64,000 bases of DNA from an uncultured Verrucomicrobiota bacterium (GTDB taxonomy: Bacteria > Verrucomicrobiota > Kiritimatiellia > JAAZAB01). The stretch lies in contig CAYXEK010000002.1 in NCBI GenBank assembly GCA_964463985.1, positions 26,468-90,467 on the forward strand. Reading direction: 5' to 3'. Both the position numbers and the translations under genes were made by a program. Under the pieces are notes generated by a model, which was not told the origin of the DNA, did not search any database, and saw only the letters and a program-made list of their open reading frames with translations. This document shows positions 20,176-29,695 of this stretch, piece by piece (position 1 is the first letter of the stretch; every line of letters begins with the position of its first letter).

Positions 20176-21404
20176 CTGATGGCGTTCAAAGCGCCGAAAA
20201 AATCGTCAAACACATCCGCCAGGGCCAGCGCGGCGGCGCGCTCGCCCATGTTGCGCCAATCATCCAGGATTTTGACGAATGCGCGCGTCGCCGCAATCTG
20301 CGCATCGGTCAATGGATTCCCGCGCAATTCGTCCAGGACCGCCAACGGGTCCTGGATATCCCCGCCGGTCCGCCAGCGCCAGTAAACCCTAAACGGAACG
20401 TAAAAAAGGTTACCGCCCATGCGCGCCAATTCGTTGCGGATCAGCCAGGTGGTATCGAAATGCGCCGGCGCGGCAGCGTAAAACCGCAGGCGTCCCTTCA
20501 TCAGCCGGGCGAACTTGGCGTGTTCAAACACCTTCAATGCCGGTTCGATTTCCAGTGCCTGCAGGGCTTTCTTCCAGGCCCCGACATCCACACCGGTCGA
20601 ACGCGGCGCCAGGGTAACCGCATCCCGCAGGCTCCCGGCCATTATCTTCAAAGCCTGTTCCATGGCGTCTTCCAGTTGCGACAACGCCGGTTCTGCGTAC
20701 CAGCGCCCGATCCGGTAATCCGCGCCCAATATTTCATCCAGCATCGGCCAGCAGGCCAGTTTTGGAAACAAAGCCCGGGCGCGTTCGAAGGCGGCGAATT
20801 TGCCGGGCAGATTGACCTTGTCCAGCAGGCAAACCGCCGACATGACGGGCGGGTTGAAATAATGCATGAGGCGGCTGTGCAGCGGATATTTACTCTGATG
20901 GATGCCAAGATTGACGGGAGGGTCTATCTGCCGGTCATACCGTCCGTAATACAGGCAGAATTTTTTCAGGTGAAAATACTCGTTCTTGGCGTCCCACGGC
21001 CGCTGCCGCAGATGTTTTTGCGCCGCCGCCAGCTGTGGCGGTTGTTCATTGTGATAAAACGTCCATTGTTCATATTCGGGATAGTATTTCTTCTCCGAAG
21101 CCAGCTCCGTCCAGGTGAGGTTGATTCCCGGCAGATGCTCCAGGTTGCGCGCCCAACGGGGATATTGTTGGCAGAGCGCCAGGTGGGTTTCACCGACCGC
21201 CGCGGAAATCCGGCACCAGTCAGCCGCGGTCATGCCGTCGCGCAGGATGAAACGCGTGTCGAAATCGCTCATGCCCGGGATCAGGTCGCGGAACTCCCAT
21301 TTGCCGGCAATCGCCTCAATTCCGGGGAAGCGTTTGCGGCATTCGTCGTAATAACAACGGATATACACAGCAAAATCGTTTTCCGGCGCCGGCTCAAATT
21401 TCAT
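20094..21404 (-). CDS. Hypothetical protein (possible nucleotidyltransferase-like fold)
   Basis: 436-aa ORF. IPGMSDFDTRFI weakly resembles a GS..D.D nucleotidyltransferase motif. The C-terminal ~25 residues are encoded by the REP-like repeat. Confidence 0.4.
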   Translation of the reverse strand: MKFEPAPENDFAVYIRCYYDECRKRFPGIEAIAGKWEFRDLIPGMSDFDTRFILRDGMTAADWCRISAAVGETHLALCQQYPRWARNLEHLPGINLTWTELASEKKYYPEYEQWTFYHNEQPPQLAAAQKHLRQRPWDAKNEYFHLKKFCLYYGRYDRQIDPPVNLGIHQSKYPLHSRLMHYFNPPVMSAVCLLDKVNLPGKFAAFERARALFPKLACWPMLDEILGADYRIGRWYAEPALSQLEDAMEQALKIMAGSLRDAVTLAPRSTGVDVGAWKKALQALEIEPALKVFEHAKFARLMKGRLRFYAAAPAHFDTTWLIRNELARMGGNLFYVPFRVYWRWRTGGDIQDPLAVLDELRGNPLTDAQIAATRAFVKILDDWRNMGERAAALALADVFDDFFGALNAISEDLDREDENESPRKNARSTKKPILSL

Positions 21405-22396
21405 AGCGCTATCTCGCGGTTTTCCCGGGCGGACTGATACACGGCATCGAGCAGAATGTTGGTTTTGGCTGCTTCGTCCAGCGGAATCGCCGGCGGTCTT
21501 TTATCGATTGCCGCCCGCACAAAATCAGCGATCAACGGCTGATGCACGTTATCCGGATTGGGCAAATCCAGTTTTTCCTGGCTGCGGCCGGCGGCAAATT
21601 CCACGGGCCCGGCGTCGTATGGCAGCCAATTAACCCTGGCATCCGCGCCGACCACCTCGAATTCATGGCGCCAGGTGCTGCAATTCCAATTGAAAGAAGC
21701 CGTCACCAGCGCGCCGCCGGGCATGGTCATGATAATGGCGGCGGAGTCTTCCACGTCCCAGGCGGTCGTCAGGTTGGCGCATTTTGCGAAAACCGCGGCC
21801 GGCATTCCCAACAGCCCTATCATAACATCGAACATGTGCGTTCCCATGTCGCTCAGCGGTCCGCCGCCGGAATTTTTGCGGATGACGCGCCAGTATTTCG
21901 GATCCGCCGGCCCCGGGTTGAACAGCGAATAATAAACCATCCGGATCAGGATGATTTTTCCCAGTTTGCCTTCCTGCAACAGCTTTTGCAATTGCAAATA
22001 GCGCGGCGACAAGCGCCGGAAATAGGCGCAGCCGGCAATCAATCCGCTTTTTTCGGCCGCCGCCGCCGCGCGGCGGCAATCCGGCCCGGACAATCCCAGC
22101 GGTTTTTCGACCAGCACATGTTTCCCCGCCTGCAACGCGCTGATGGCCTGGCCGACATGCAGCCCCACCGGCGTGGCCAGATAAACGGCATCCGCATCCG
22201 TACCCTTCAGCGCCGCGTCATAATCGTCATAGACGGCGTTGACCCCGGCATCGCCGGCCAATGCGCGCGCCGACTCGATCCGGGCATCGCAGATTGCGGT
22301 CAGTTGCGACCCGGGCGTCCGCGCCAGCGCCGGCGCCACGCGTTTCCGGGCGATATCCCCCGCACCCACCAGCAGCCATTTGACTGATTTATTCAT
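21401..22396 (-). CDS. Gfo/Idh/MocA-family NAD(P)-dependent oxidoreductase
   Basis: Start placed at the ATG at 22396 (MNKSVKWLLVGAGDIARKR, a Rossmann GxGxxA motif), followed by ...VLVEKPLG. The track ORF extends to 22579, but that extension is read out of the repeat element. Confidence 0.85.
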   Translation of the reverse strand: MNKSVKWLLVGAGDIARKRVAPALARTPGSQLTAICDARIESARALAGDAGVNAVYDDYDAALKGTDADAVYLATPVGLHVGQAISALQAGKHVLVEKPLGLSGPDCRRAAAAAEKSGLIAGCAYFRRLSPRYLQLQKLLQEGKLGKIILIRMVYYSLFNPGPADPKYWRVIRKNSGGGPLSDMGTHMFDVMIGLLGMPAAVFAKCANLTTAWDVEDSAAIIMTMPGGALVTASFNWNCSTWRHEFEVVGADARVNWLPYDAGPVEFAAGRSQEKLDLPNPDNVHQPLIADFVRAAIDKRPPAIPLDEAAKTNILLDAVYQSARENREIAL

Positions 22397-22437
22397 GGTC
22401 TCTTTCTTAACGCTTTTGGAACAAAAATCCGCAAAGA

Positions 22438-22681
22438 TTATCCGCAAAAGATCGCTAGGATCACAAAGATTATTATATTTTGTTTTCTTTGAGTTCTTTG
22501 CGCTCTTTCGCGGTGAATTACTCCGGTTCGTCCGCCGATCATCCCAGGTCGTGGAACGATTATCCTCAAAAGATCGCATAGATCACAAAGATTATTATAT
22601 TTTGTTTTCTTTGAGTTCTTTGCGCTCTTTCGCGGTGAATTACTCCGGTTCGTCCGCCGATCATCCCAGGTCGCGCACCGA
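22438..22681. repeat. Tandem direct repeat, 2 x ~122 bp, of a REP-like element (unit contains GATCACAAAGATTATTATATTTTGTTTTCTTTGAGTTCTTTGCGCTCTTTCGCGGTGAATTACTCCGG)
   Basis: The two units (22438-22559 and 22560-22681) are about 95% identical and lie between the Gfo/Idh/MocA start (22396) and the DegT stop (22661). The last unit overlaps the DegT stop codon and final codons. Confidence 0.75.
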
Positions 22682-23812
22682 TTGTTTGATCGCCCAGGCG
22701 ATATATTTTAAATCATCTTCCATGGTGATCGGAAATACCGGCGTAGTAAACACCTCCCGGCAGATCCGGTCGGCCAGCGGGCAGCCATCGGAGTTATAAC
22801 CCAGCTTTTGAAACGCCTCCCAGGTCCACACCGCCGGATAATGCTTGGCGGTGGCCACCTTGTACTTGTTCTTCAAGTGGGCGGTAAATTCCGCGGCCGT
22901 GCAACGCATCCGTTCGGAATTAAGGCGCACCACGTGCAGGTGGCTGCCGTGTTCCGCGCCATGGCCGGCCGGCAAAATCAATTCGGGGACATCCGCCAGC
23001 AAATTGTTCAATTCCGTCATGCGTTCCTGGCGCAGGCGGATTACCCGGTCAATTTTCCTCAACTGGGTGATGCCCACAGCATACTGGGGCTTGGTCATGC
23101 GGTAATTGAACCCGATGGAAGCCACGCGCAAAGCCGGGCCGCCGTAAACATACCCGAACGTCTTCAGTTGGCGCACTTTCTCGGCGAACTCCGCGTCATC
23201 CGTCAGAACCGCCCCGCCTTCGCCCAGGCAGGTCATATTCTTGTTGCTCTGGAAACTGTAACAGGATGCCAGGCCCCGGCCGCCGATCGGCCGGCCTTTA
23301 TACTTCGCGCCCACCGCGTGGGCGGCATCGTAAATGACCGGCACGCCCATTTCCTCAGTGATTTTATCAAAGGCGTCAATTTCGCAGGCCAGGCCGGAAA
23401 AGTGAACCGGGATGATTGCGCGGGTGCGCGGGGTAATTTTTTCACGGACCCTGGCCGGGTCCAGGTTCCAGGTTGACGGATTGACATCGGCAAAAACCAC
23501 GCGCGCGCCGCGCGCAACCGCCGTGCCGGCGGAGCAGACGAATGTCAGGGGCGGCACAATCACCTCGTCGCCGGGCCCGATGCCCAGCGCCATCATGCAG
23601 CAATCAAGCGCGGTACCGCAGGAATTGACCGCCACTGCCCGGCGGGCGCCCTCGTGTTCCGCCAGCATTTTTTGAAAATCGTTTTCCTCCGGCAACGGAA
23701 AAAAATTGCCGCCCGCGCCCATCGCCGCGGCGGTCACCTGCTGCACCGCCGCGACATCATCCTGCCCGTAAACACCGCCCAACGCCAGAAACGGCACTTC
23801 GCGTACTTGCAT
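22661..23812 (-). CDS. DegT/DnrJ/EryC1/StrS-family PLP-dependent sugar aminotransferase
   Basis: 383-aa ORF with VNSCGTALDCCMMALGIGPGDEVIVPPLTF, SFQSNKNMT (the PLP-lysine region) and GYNYRMT. Confidence 0.85.
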   Translation of the reverse strand: MQVREVPFLALGGVYGQDDVAAVQQVTAAAMGAGGNFFPLPEENDFQKMLAEHEGARRAVAVNSCGTALDCCMMALGIGPGDEVIVPPLTFVCSAGTAVARGARVVFADVNPSTWNLDPARVREKITPRTRAIIPVHFSGLACEIDAFDKITEEMGVPVIYDAAHAVGAKYKGRPIGGRGLASCYSFQSNKNMTCLGEGGAVLTDDAEFAEKVRQLKTFGYVYGGPALRVASIGFNYRMTKPQYAVGITQLRKIDRVIRLRQERMTELNNLLADVPELILPAGHGAEHGSHLHVVRLNSERMRCTAAEFTAHLKNKYKVATAKHYPAVWTWEAFQKLGYNSDGCPLADRICREVFTTPVFPITMEDDLKYIAWAIKQSVRDLG

Positions 23813-23836
23813 ATGTCCTCTTTTGCAACAACCAGG

Positions 23837-23850
23837 TTAAAACGTTTTAA
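23837..23850. promoter_or_regulatory. Perfect 14-bp palindrome TTAAAACGTTTTAA (LacI/GntR-type operator candidate) in the divergent promoter region. A second inverted repeat, TTGACGgcgCGTCAA, lies at 23873-23887.
   Basis: Seen directly in the 170-bp gap between the DegT start (23812, minus) and the regulator start (23983, plus). The central AACGTT core is as in LacI-family operators. Confidence 0.35.
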
Positions 23851-23982
23851 CTGAAATGCAATCTATCACGAATTGACGGCGCGTCAAGCATTTTTTGAAA
23901 AATAACTTGACACACTCAATTAAATCATGCTAACAAAATTGGTTTAAATGGTTCAACTGGATCAAGAGGATCAAGCCGGACA

Positions 23983-25089
23983 ATGCAACCCGATCTGCCA
24001 AAACTGATCTTCAAGCGCACCCGCAAAGCCGGCCGGCTGCACAACGCCACCGACATTAAACGCGCTTTAAAAGAAATCGTTGTGGGGCAAGGCATTACCG
24101 CCAACTCGCCCCTGCCGCCGGAACGCGATATATCAACACTGTTCAAGGTAAGCCGCAATACCGCCCGTAAAGCTTTGCTGGAATTGGCGAATGAAAATAT
24201 CATCTACCGCATTCACGGCAAAGGCACTTTTGTCTCCGGCATACCCCCTCACCAATCCAACCGATCCGCGCTGACTATTGGCATTCTCCTGCCCGACTTG
24301 GATATGGAAGGCGATATTAATGAAACAAAAATGCCGACTCATTTCAAAAAAATCGAGGCCATCGAATCCATGGCCGCGGAACGCGGATATGCCCTGATTT
24401 CATTGGGACGCAAGCCGGAAACCAAATCTTTATTGACGGAATGGAAGGAATTGCCGGTGGACGGCATCCTGGTCCTGGCTACCGCCGGCGACCGGGAGTT
24501 TGCCGAAAAAATACAGCTTTTGAACAAGCCGATGGTTTACGTCGCGTCCAGCGCCGTCTCGACGCAAATCAACATGGTGGCTTTCGACCAGCGGCAAACC
24601 GGATATCGCGTAACCCGGCTGCTGCTGCAAAGCGGCCGCCGGCGCATTTTATGGGGGCTGCCGAAAACGGGCAATGCATCATGCGACCCCCGCCTCGACG
24701 GATACAGGCAGGCCTTGGCGGAATGGAATTTGCCGGTTTTGCCAAGCGCATACGCCGGCGATCCAGAAAGTTTGGCGGCGGCGGATATCGCGCGGGATAT
24801 TTGCCGCAAAGCGGATGCGGTGATCACCGATGATTATCACGCCCGGACCCTGCTGGAAAAGGCAATCCGGGCAGGCATAAATATTCCCGCCGATCTGGCG
24901 GTTTTCGGTTATTTCAACCGGGATTTCTGCCAGACAACGCGCCCTGCCCTGTCTTCCGTGAATTTGCCGCACGCCAGGCAAGGCCGGGCCGCGCTCGATT
25001 TGCTTGCCAAAATCATCGCCGACCCGCGGCGCCCGGTCGAGCAGAAGCTGGTGGAAACCGAACTGGTGATACGCTCTTCATCCGGATGA
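23983..25089 (+). CDS. Transcriptional regulator with a GntR-type winged-helix N-terminus and a LacI/PBP-type sugar-binding C-terminal domain
   Basis: 368-aa ORF. SPLPPERDISTLFKVSRNTARKALLELANENIIYRIHGKGTFV (GntR HTH), then LTIGILLPD...GILVLATAGD...AVFGYFN (periplasmic-binding-protein-like fold). Confidence 0.7.
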   Translation: MQPDLPKLIFKRTRKAGRLHNATDIKRALKEIVVGQGITANSPLPPERDISTLFKVSRNTARKALLELANENIIYRIHGKGTFVSGIPPHQSNRSALTIGILLPDLDMEGDINETKMPTHFKKIEAIESMAAERGYALISLGRKPETKSLLTEWKELPVDGILVLATAGDREFAEKIQLLNKPMVYVASSAVSTQINMVAFDQRQTGYRVTRLLLQSGRRRILWGLPKTGNASCDPRLDGYRQALAEWNLPVLPSAYAGDPESLAAADIARDICRKADAVITDDYHARTLLEKAIRAGINIPADLAVFGYFNRDFCQTTRPALSSVNLPHARQGRAALDLLAKIIADPRRPVEQKLVETELVIRSSSG

Positions 25090-25146
25090 GCAACTCATAT
25101 TTTCAATCCGTTTCTAAACATCTTATCTGAGCTCGCGAGTATTATT

Positions 25147-26667
25147 TTGAGCACTGCAACAAAACGCCTGAATTTTCTGGTAATCATGTCGGACCAGCAT
25201 TCCAAACACCGACTCGGGTGTTATGGCGATCCGGTTGTCCGCACGCCGAATCTCGACCGACTGGCAAGCGAGGGCATGCGCTTTGACGCCGCTTATTGTC
25301 CGTCGCCTATCTGCTGCCCCAGCCGCATGAGTTTCATGACCACCCGCTTCCCCGGGAAAAACCGGGTCTGGAATAATTCCGGCATTCTGGCATCGGACAT
25401 CCCCACCTGGATTCACCCTCTGAACAATCACCCCTTTTTCAAAATTCCCTGCCGCACATGTCTGGCGGGACGCATGCATTTCGGGGGAATTGATCAATGG
25501 CACGGTTTTGCCGAGCGCAGGATATGGGAATTGCGCAATCAGTTCCGGCCTGACTCGAAAATCCCGAAAATAACAAATTCCATGGAACGCGGAGCGGTGG
25601 AAATATCCGGTACGGGCAGTTCGCCGTATCAGTGGTATGACGCAAACGTAACGGATGCGGCGTGCAGTTTTTTGCGCGAACAAACCCAATCCGATATCCC
25701 CTTCGTGCTCGTAACCGGTTTTATCATGCCCCATTGCCCCTATTTCGCGCCGGCGGATTTGTTTAAATACTACCTTGAACGCGTAGCGCTGCCGGAAGGC
25801 TCTTACGAATCGCTCCCGGAAACGGCGCGCCGGTTCGCCAGACAGCATGATCTGGACCGCCCCTTTGCATCGGATACCGTCCGCGCCGCGCGCGCGGCCT
25901 ACTACTCGCTGTGCGAAATGACCGACAGAAACACGGGCTTAATTCTCGAAACCCTGGAACAGACAGGCTTGGCGGAGAACACGGTGGTTGTTTACACCAG
26001 CGACCATGGCGACATGGCGGGCGATCATGGGCTGTGGTTCAAGGGCACTTTTTTTGAAGGCAGCGCCGGCATTCCTCTGATTGTGCGCGCTCCGGGGGTT
26101 ACCACTCCCGGCACAGTCTCAAAAGCCGTATGCAACCTGACGGATATCGGCGCAACCATCCTGGACATGGCCGGCATACCCCCGCTGCCCCAAACTGACG
26201 GACGCTCATTGCTGCCGTTGTTGAGCGGCCAAACGGCGTCGGATTGGCGCAATGAAACGTTCAGCGAAATTATCGGGCAAAACCGCAAGGATAAATCCGC
26301 CATTCCATCGCGCATGATCCGTTCGGGATGCTGGAAGTGCTGGGTGGACGGGGACGCCGCCAACCTGCCGCCATCCCTTTTTAATCTTGACGATGATCCC
26401 GGGGAACAAAACGATCTTGCCAATGATTCAACCTGCGCGGATATTTTAAATCAATTGCTTGGGCGAATTTTCGCCGATTGGAATCCAGCACGGACTTTGG
26501 AACGATACCACGCCGCCCTTGCCGACCACGCCCTGGTCGGCGACTGGCACAATCACGCTGCGATATGGAAGGATATCAATCAACACCAGATTCCGCCGCA
26601 TAACCTTGACCATGATGTTGAATTCTTCAACTCCGTTCCAGACAACCGCGGCCATCCCGCACAATAA
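25147..26667 (+). CDS. Sulfatase (formylglycine-dependent arylsulfatase family), no signal peptide
   Basis: 506-aa ORF with a TTG start per the track. LNFLVIMSDQHS...CCPSRMSFMTTRFPG (the C-x-P-x-R sulfatase signature) and VVVYTSDHGD. Confidence 0.9.
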   Translation: MSTATKRLNFLVIMSDQHSKHRLGCYGDPVVRTPNLDRLASEGMRFDAAYCPSPICCPSRMSFMTTRFPGKNRVWNNSGILASDIPTWIHPLNNHPFFKIPCRTCLAGRMHFGGIDQWHGFAERRIWELRNQFRPDSKIPKITNSMERGAVEISGTGSSPYQWYDANVTDAACSFLREQTQSDIPFVLVTGFIMPHCPYFAPADLFKYYLERVALPEGSYESLPETARRFARQHDLDRPFASDTVRAARAAYYSLCEMTDRNTGLILETLEQTGLAENTVVVYTSDHGDMAGDHGLWFKGTFFEGSAGIPLIVRAPGVTTPGTVSKAVCNLTDIGATILDMAGIPPLPQTDGRSLLPLLSGQTASDWRNETFSEIIGQNRKDKSAIPSRMIRSGCWKCWVDGDAANLPPSLFNLDDDPGEQNDLANDSTCADILNQLLGRIFADWNPARTLERYHAALADHALVGDWHNHAAIWKDINQHQIPPHNLDHDVEFFNSVPDNRGHPAQ

Positions 26668-26676
26668 CCGGCACAC

Positions 26677-29598
26677 ATGACATCAAACGGATCAGTCTTC
26701 GCGTTCTGGCTTCTCAACCACCGCCTGGAGAAAAATGAATTGCGGCGGCAGTTGATGGAATTGAAATCCCGGGGATTTGCCGGCGTCTTGCCCCACGCGC
26801 GCGCCGGGCTGCAAACACCCTATCTTTCGCGCGCCTGGTTTGACGCCATCCGTTTCATTGCCGGAGAATGCCGCCGGCTGAACCTGGAATTCTGGCTTTA
26901 TGACGAGGATCCGTTCCCCAGCGGCGCGGCCGGCGGCCGGGTAATGCTGGACCACCCTGAATTTATCCGACGCACCCTTGTTTTTGAAGAACATGCAACC
27001 GCCTGCGCCGGCGGCGCCATCACCGTGGATTTCGCCGCCCAGAAACTGGTGGGCGCATACGCCCTGCTCCTGGACGATGGACGCCCGTCCAAAATTGCCG
27101 CCGATCTGACGGCAGATTGCGGCCTGGTGCGCAAACAATGGACGGAATTGCGCCGGACAACCAACGGCTATTACAAGCCCTATAAAAATACCACGCGAGC
27201 GCATTGGCGCACCGGAACCACCGGCATTGCCTGGCGGTTGCAATCGCGCCTGCCGCCGGGCAAATATCTGATTGTCGGCGTTTTTTCGCAAATACAGCCC
27301 TACAACACATGGGGCACCCTGCCGGACTTGATCAATCCGGCTGCGGTCGAATATTTCATGAAAATCACCCATGCGCGTTACCGCCGCGAATTGGGCGCCG
27401 GACGTTTTGCCCGGGTGCGGGGGATTTTCACCGACGAACCCAAGGTCACCGGGGATTTCCCGTGGACCGATTCCCTGCCCGAACAATTCCGGCGCGCATA
27501 CGGCGCGGATATTTTACCCCTGTTGCCGCATCTGAAATATGAGTTGGATGATCAAACCGACCTGGTTCGCCACCGTTACCGGCGTTTGCTCGGACATATG
27601 TTTCGCGCGGCATTCACCAAACCGATCAGCCGCTGGTGCGCAAAAAACGGCATCCAGAGCACCGGCCATTTCAGCCCGGAGGAAAATCCCATCGGACAGC
27701 AAGCCATGACGCCGGACCTGATGGGATGGCTGAAGGATATGCATATGCCCGGGATTGACCTGATAGGCTCAAATATCGGCACGCGCCCCTACAGCATCAT
27801 AAACATCGGCCCGAAACTGGTTTGTTCCGCGGCGCGGCAGGCCGGCCGGCCGCAGGTGTTGTCCGAATCGCTGGCCGTATGCGGCGATGATTTGAGCCTG
27901 GCGCGGGCAAAATCCATGCTGGACTGGCAAATGGTCATGGGCGTCAATAAATTCGTTCTGCACGGACAATACTATTCGCTGGACGGACCGCGTAAACGCG
28001 ATGCGCCGCCCTCGATTTTCCAAACGGCGCCCTATTGGCCTTACTTCAACAAATTGGCCGATTATCTTGAAGACACCTGCCGGTTGCTGCGGCGGGGCAG
28101 GCGCATCTGCGACCTCGCGGTTCTGTATCCCACCGCGCATATCAACGCGGTTCTGCCCGGCGCTGAAACCGCGTTGTCCGGCTGGCGCAAGGCGTTGGGC
28201 GATCTGGTTTACCGGCTCCTGGCGCGCGGTTTCGACTTTGACTTCGTGGCTGAACCGGACCTGGCGGACGCGCGGAGCAATAAGGCCGGTCTGCGCATCG
28301 GCCGATGTTATTATAAAGCGCTGATCGTGCCTGGTGCGCCGGCGCTGGACGCCGCAGCGGCGGCCGCCTTGCGGCGGCTCCGTCTGCCCGTGATTTTCGC
28401 CGGGCCGCAGCCGCGGATACTGGGAACCAGCCGCCGCCTTCCCGCCATCGGCCGCACCTGCCGCGCCGGGAACCTGGAAACCACTCTGGCCGCCTGGATT
28501 AAAAGGCCGCTGACAACCGCATCCGGCAAGGATCTGTTTTGCCATTCGCGCACGCTCAACCGGAAAACTTACCACTTTGTTTTCAATCCGGCGGAAAAGC
28601 GCTTGCGCTGCAGGCTGGCAACCGCCGCGGGAAAATGGCTGGAAATCCGCGATGACCAATCCGGCGCATTCCGGCCCATGGACCCGCATGCAACCGGCGG
28701 GGCCGCCCTGGATTTGCCGCCGACGGGCGCTGCGTTGCTGCGCGAATCCGAAGCCGGCCGCGCCGTTACCATCGTTGCCGCCGCTTCCAAACCGCGCGCA
28801 ATCAATCTGCGCCATAACTGGACATTGAAACTCTGCGGGGACAACACCCTGATGCTTGACGCATGGCGCAGCCAGGATGGGCGTCTGTTCCACCTGCCGC
28901 TGCCCGGGCAGGCGCCGCAACTCCCTCCGCAGCCCCTGCTCCGCGCGCGGTTTTACGTCAAAAGCCTTCCGCCCGACGCATATCTGGTCTGGGAAGAAGG
29001 CGGCTTTGCCGCCCCCCATGCCATCGCATTAAACGGGCAGCGTTTGATTGGCCGGCCGCGCCGGGTGTTTGACGCCTATAATCTTGCCGCCGACGTCACC
29101 CGCCTGCTGCGCCCCGGTTGGAATACGGTCAAGGTGTCCTTCCAAGCTCCGGGCGCGCCGCCCATGCACGATCCCCTGCGGCTGATGGGTAATTTCCGCG
29201 TGAGCGCGCATGCGGATGGCTGGCTGATAGAAAACAATCCGGCTGAGATGCGCCTGCGCGCATTGGCGGATTGGACCAGGCTCGGCTGGCCGTTTTATTC
29301 CGGCACAATGATTTACTCCAATGAATTCGAACTGCCGGCGCTGCCGGACCAACGGAGAAAATTATTGCTGCAGATTGACGGCGTACACGATCTGGCGGAG
29401 CCGGAAATCAACGGCAAATCCGCCGGCGTGCTGGCCTGGCCGCCGTATCAATGCGATATCAGCCGGCTGGTCCGCCCGGGCCGGAACCGGCTGCGCCTGC
29501 GGGTAGCCAATTCCGCCGTTAATTTTATCGGCGGTGAGCCGTCAATCTCGGGCATCGCCGGCAATGTAAAAATCTTCATAAGCAGGCATGCTCGATGA
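26677..29598 (+). CDS. Large cytoplasmic glycoside-hydrolase-like protein (family uncertain, possibly GH106-like)
   Basis: 973-aa ORF with no signal peptide. N-terminal FAFWLLNHRLEKNELRRQLMELKSRGFAGVLPHAR...WLYDEDPFPSGAAGG. Family not assignable by eye. Confidence 0.4.
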   Translation: MTSNGSVFAFWLLNHRLEKNELRRQLMELKSRGFAGVLPHARAGLQTPYLSRAWFDAIRFIAGECRRLNLEFWLYDEDPFPSGAAGGRVMLDHPEFIRRTLVFEEHATACAGGAITVDFAAQKLVGAYALLLDDGRPSKIAADLTADCGLVRKQWTELRRTTNGYYKPYKNTTRAHWRTGTTGIAWRLQSRLPPGKYLIVGVFSQIQPYNTWGTLPDLINPAAVEYFMKITHARYRRELGAGRFARVRGIFTDEPKVTGDFPWTDSLPEQFRRAYGADILPLLPHLKYELDDQTDLVRHRYRRLLGHMFRAAFTKPISRWCAKNGIQSTGHFSPEENPIGQQAMTPDLMGWLKDMHMPGIDLIGSNIGTRPYSIINIGPKLVCSAARQAGRPQVLSESLAVCGDDLSLARAKSMLDWQMVMGVNKFVLHGQYYSLDGPRKRDAPPSIFQTAPYWPYFNKLADYLEDTCRLLRRGRRICDLAVLYPTAHINAVLPGAETALSGWRKALGDLVYRLLARGFDFDFVAEPDLADARSNKAGLRIGRCYYKALIVPGAPALDAAAAAALRRLRLPVIFAGPQPRILGTSRRLPAIGRTCRAGNLETTLAAWIKRPLTTASGKDLFCHSRTLNRKTYHFVFNPAEKRLRCRLATAAGKWLEIRDDQSGAFRPMDPHATGGAALDLPPTGAALLRESEAGRAVTIVAAASKPRAINLRHNWTLKLCGDNTLMLDAWRSQDGRLFHLPLPGQAPQLPPQPLLRARFYVKSLPPDAYLVWEEGGFAAPHAIALNGQRLIGRPRRVFDAYNLAADVTRLLRPGWNTVKVSFQAPGAPPMHDPLRLMGNFRVSAHADGWLIENNPAEMRLRALADWTRLGWPFYSGTMIYSNEFELPALPDQRRKLLLQIDGVHDLAEPEINGKSAGVLAWPPYQCDISRLVRPGRNRLRLRVANSAVNFIGGEPSISGIAGNVKIFISRHAR

Positions 29599-29695
29599 TA
29601 TTTTTTTGTTTGCGGTTTCCTGGATTTTGCGTCAAAATTTAACAAATGGCAGGCATACGAAAAAAATAGCGGTCAACCTGTTCCGGAGGTGTGTT

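Noticed and set aside
20094-21404. Calling the 436-aa ORF a nucleotidyltransferase (possible defence or MNT-type protein)
   Set aside because: Only a short GMSDFD stretch loosely resembles the GS..D.D motif. The spacing is atypical and no partner HEPN-like ORF is adjacent. It is left as hypothetical.
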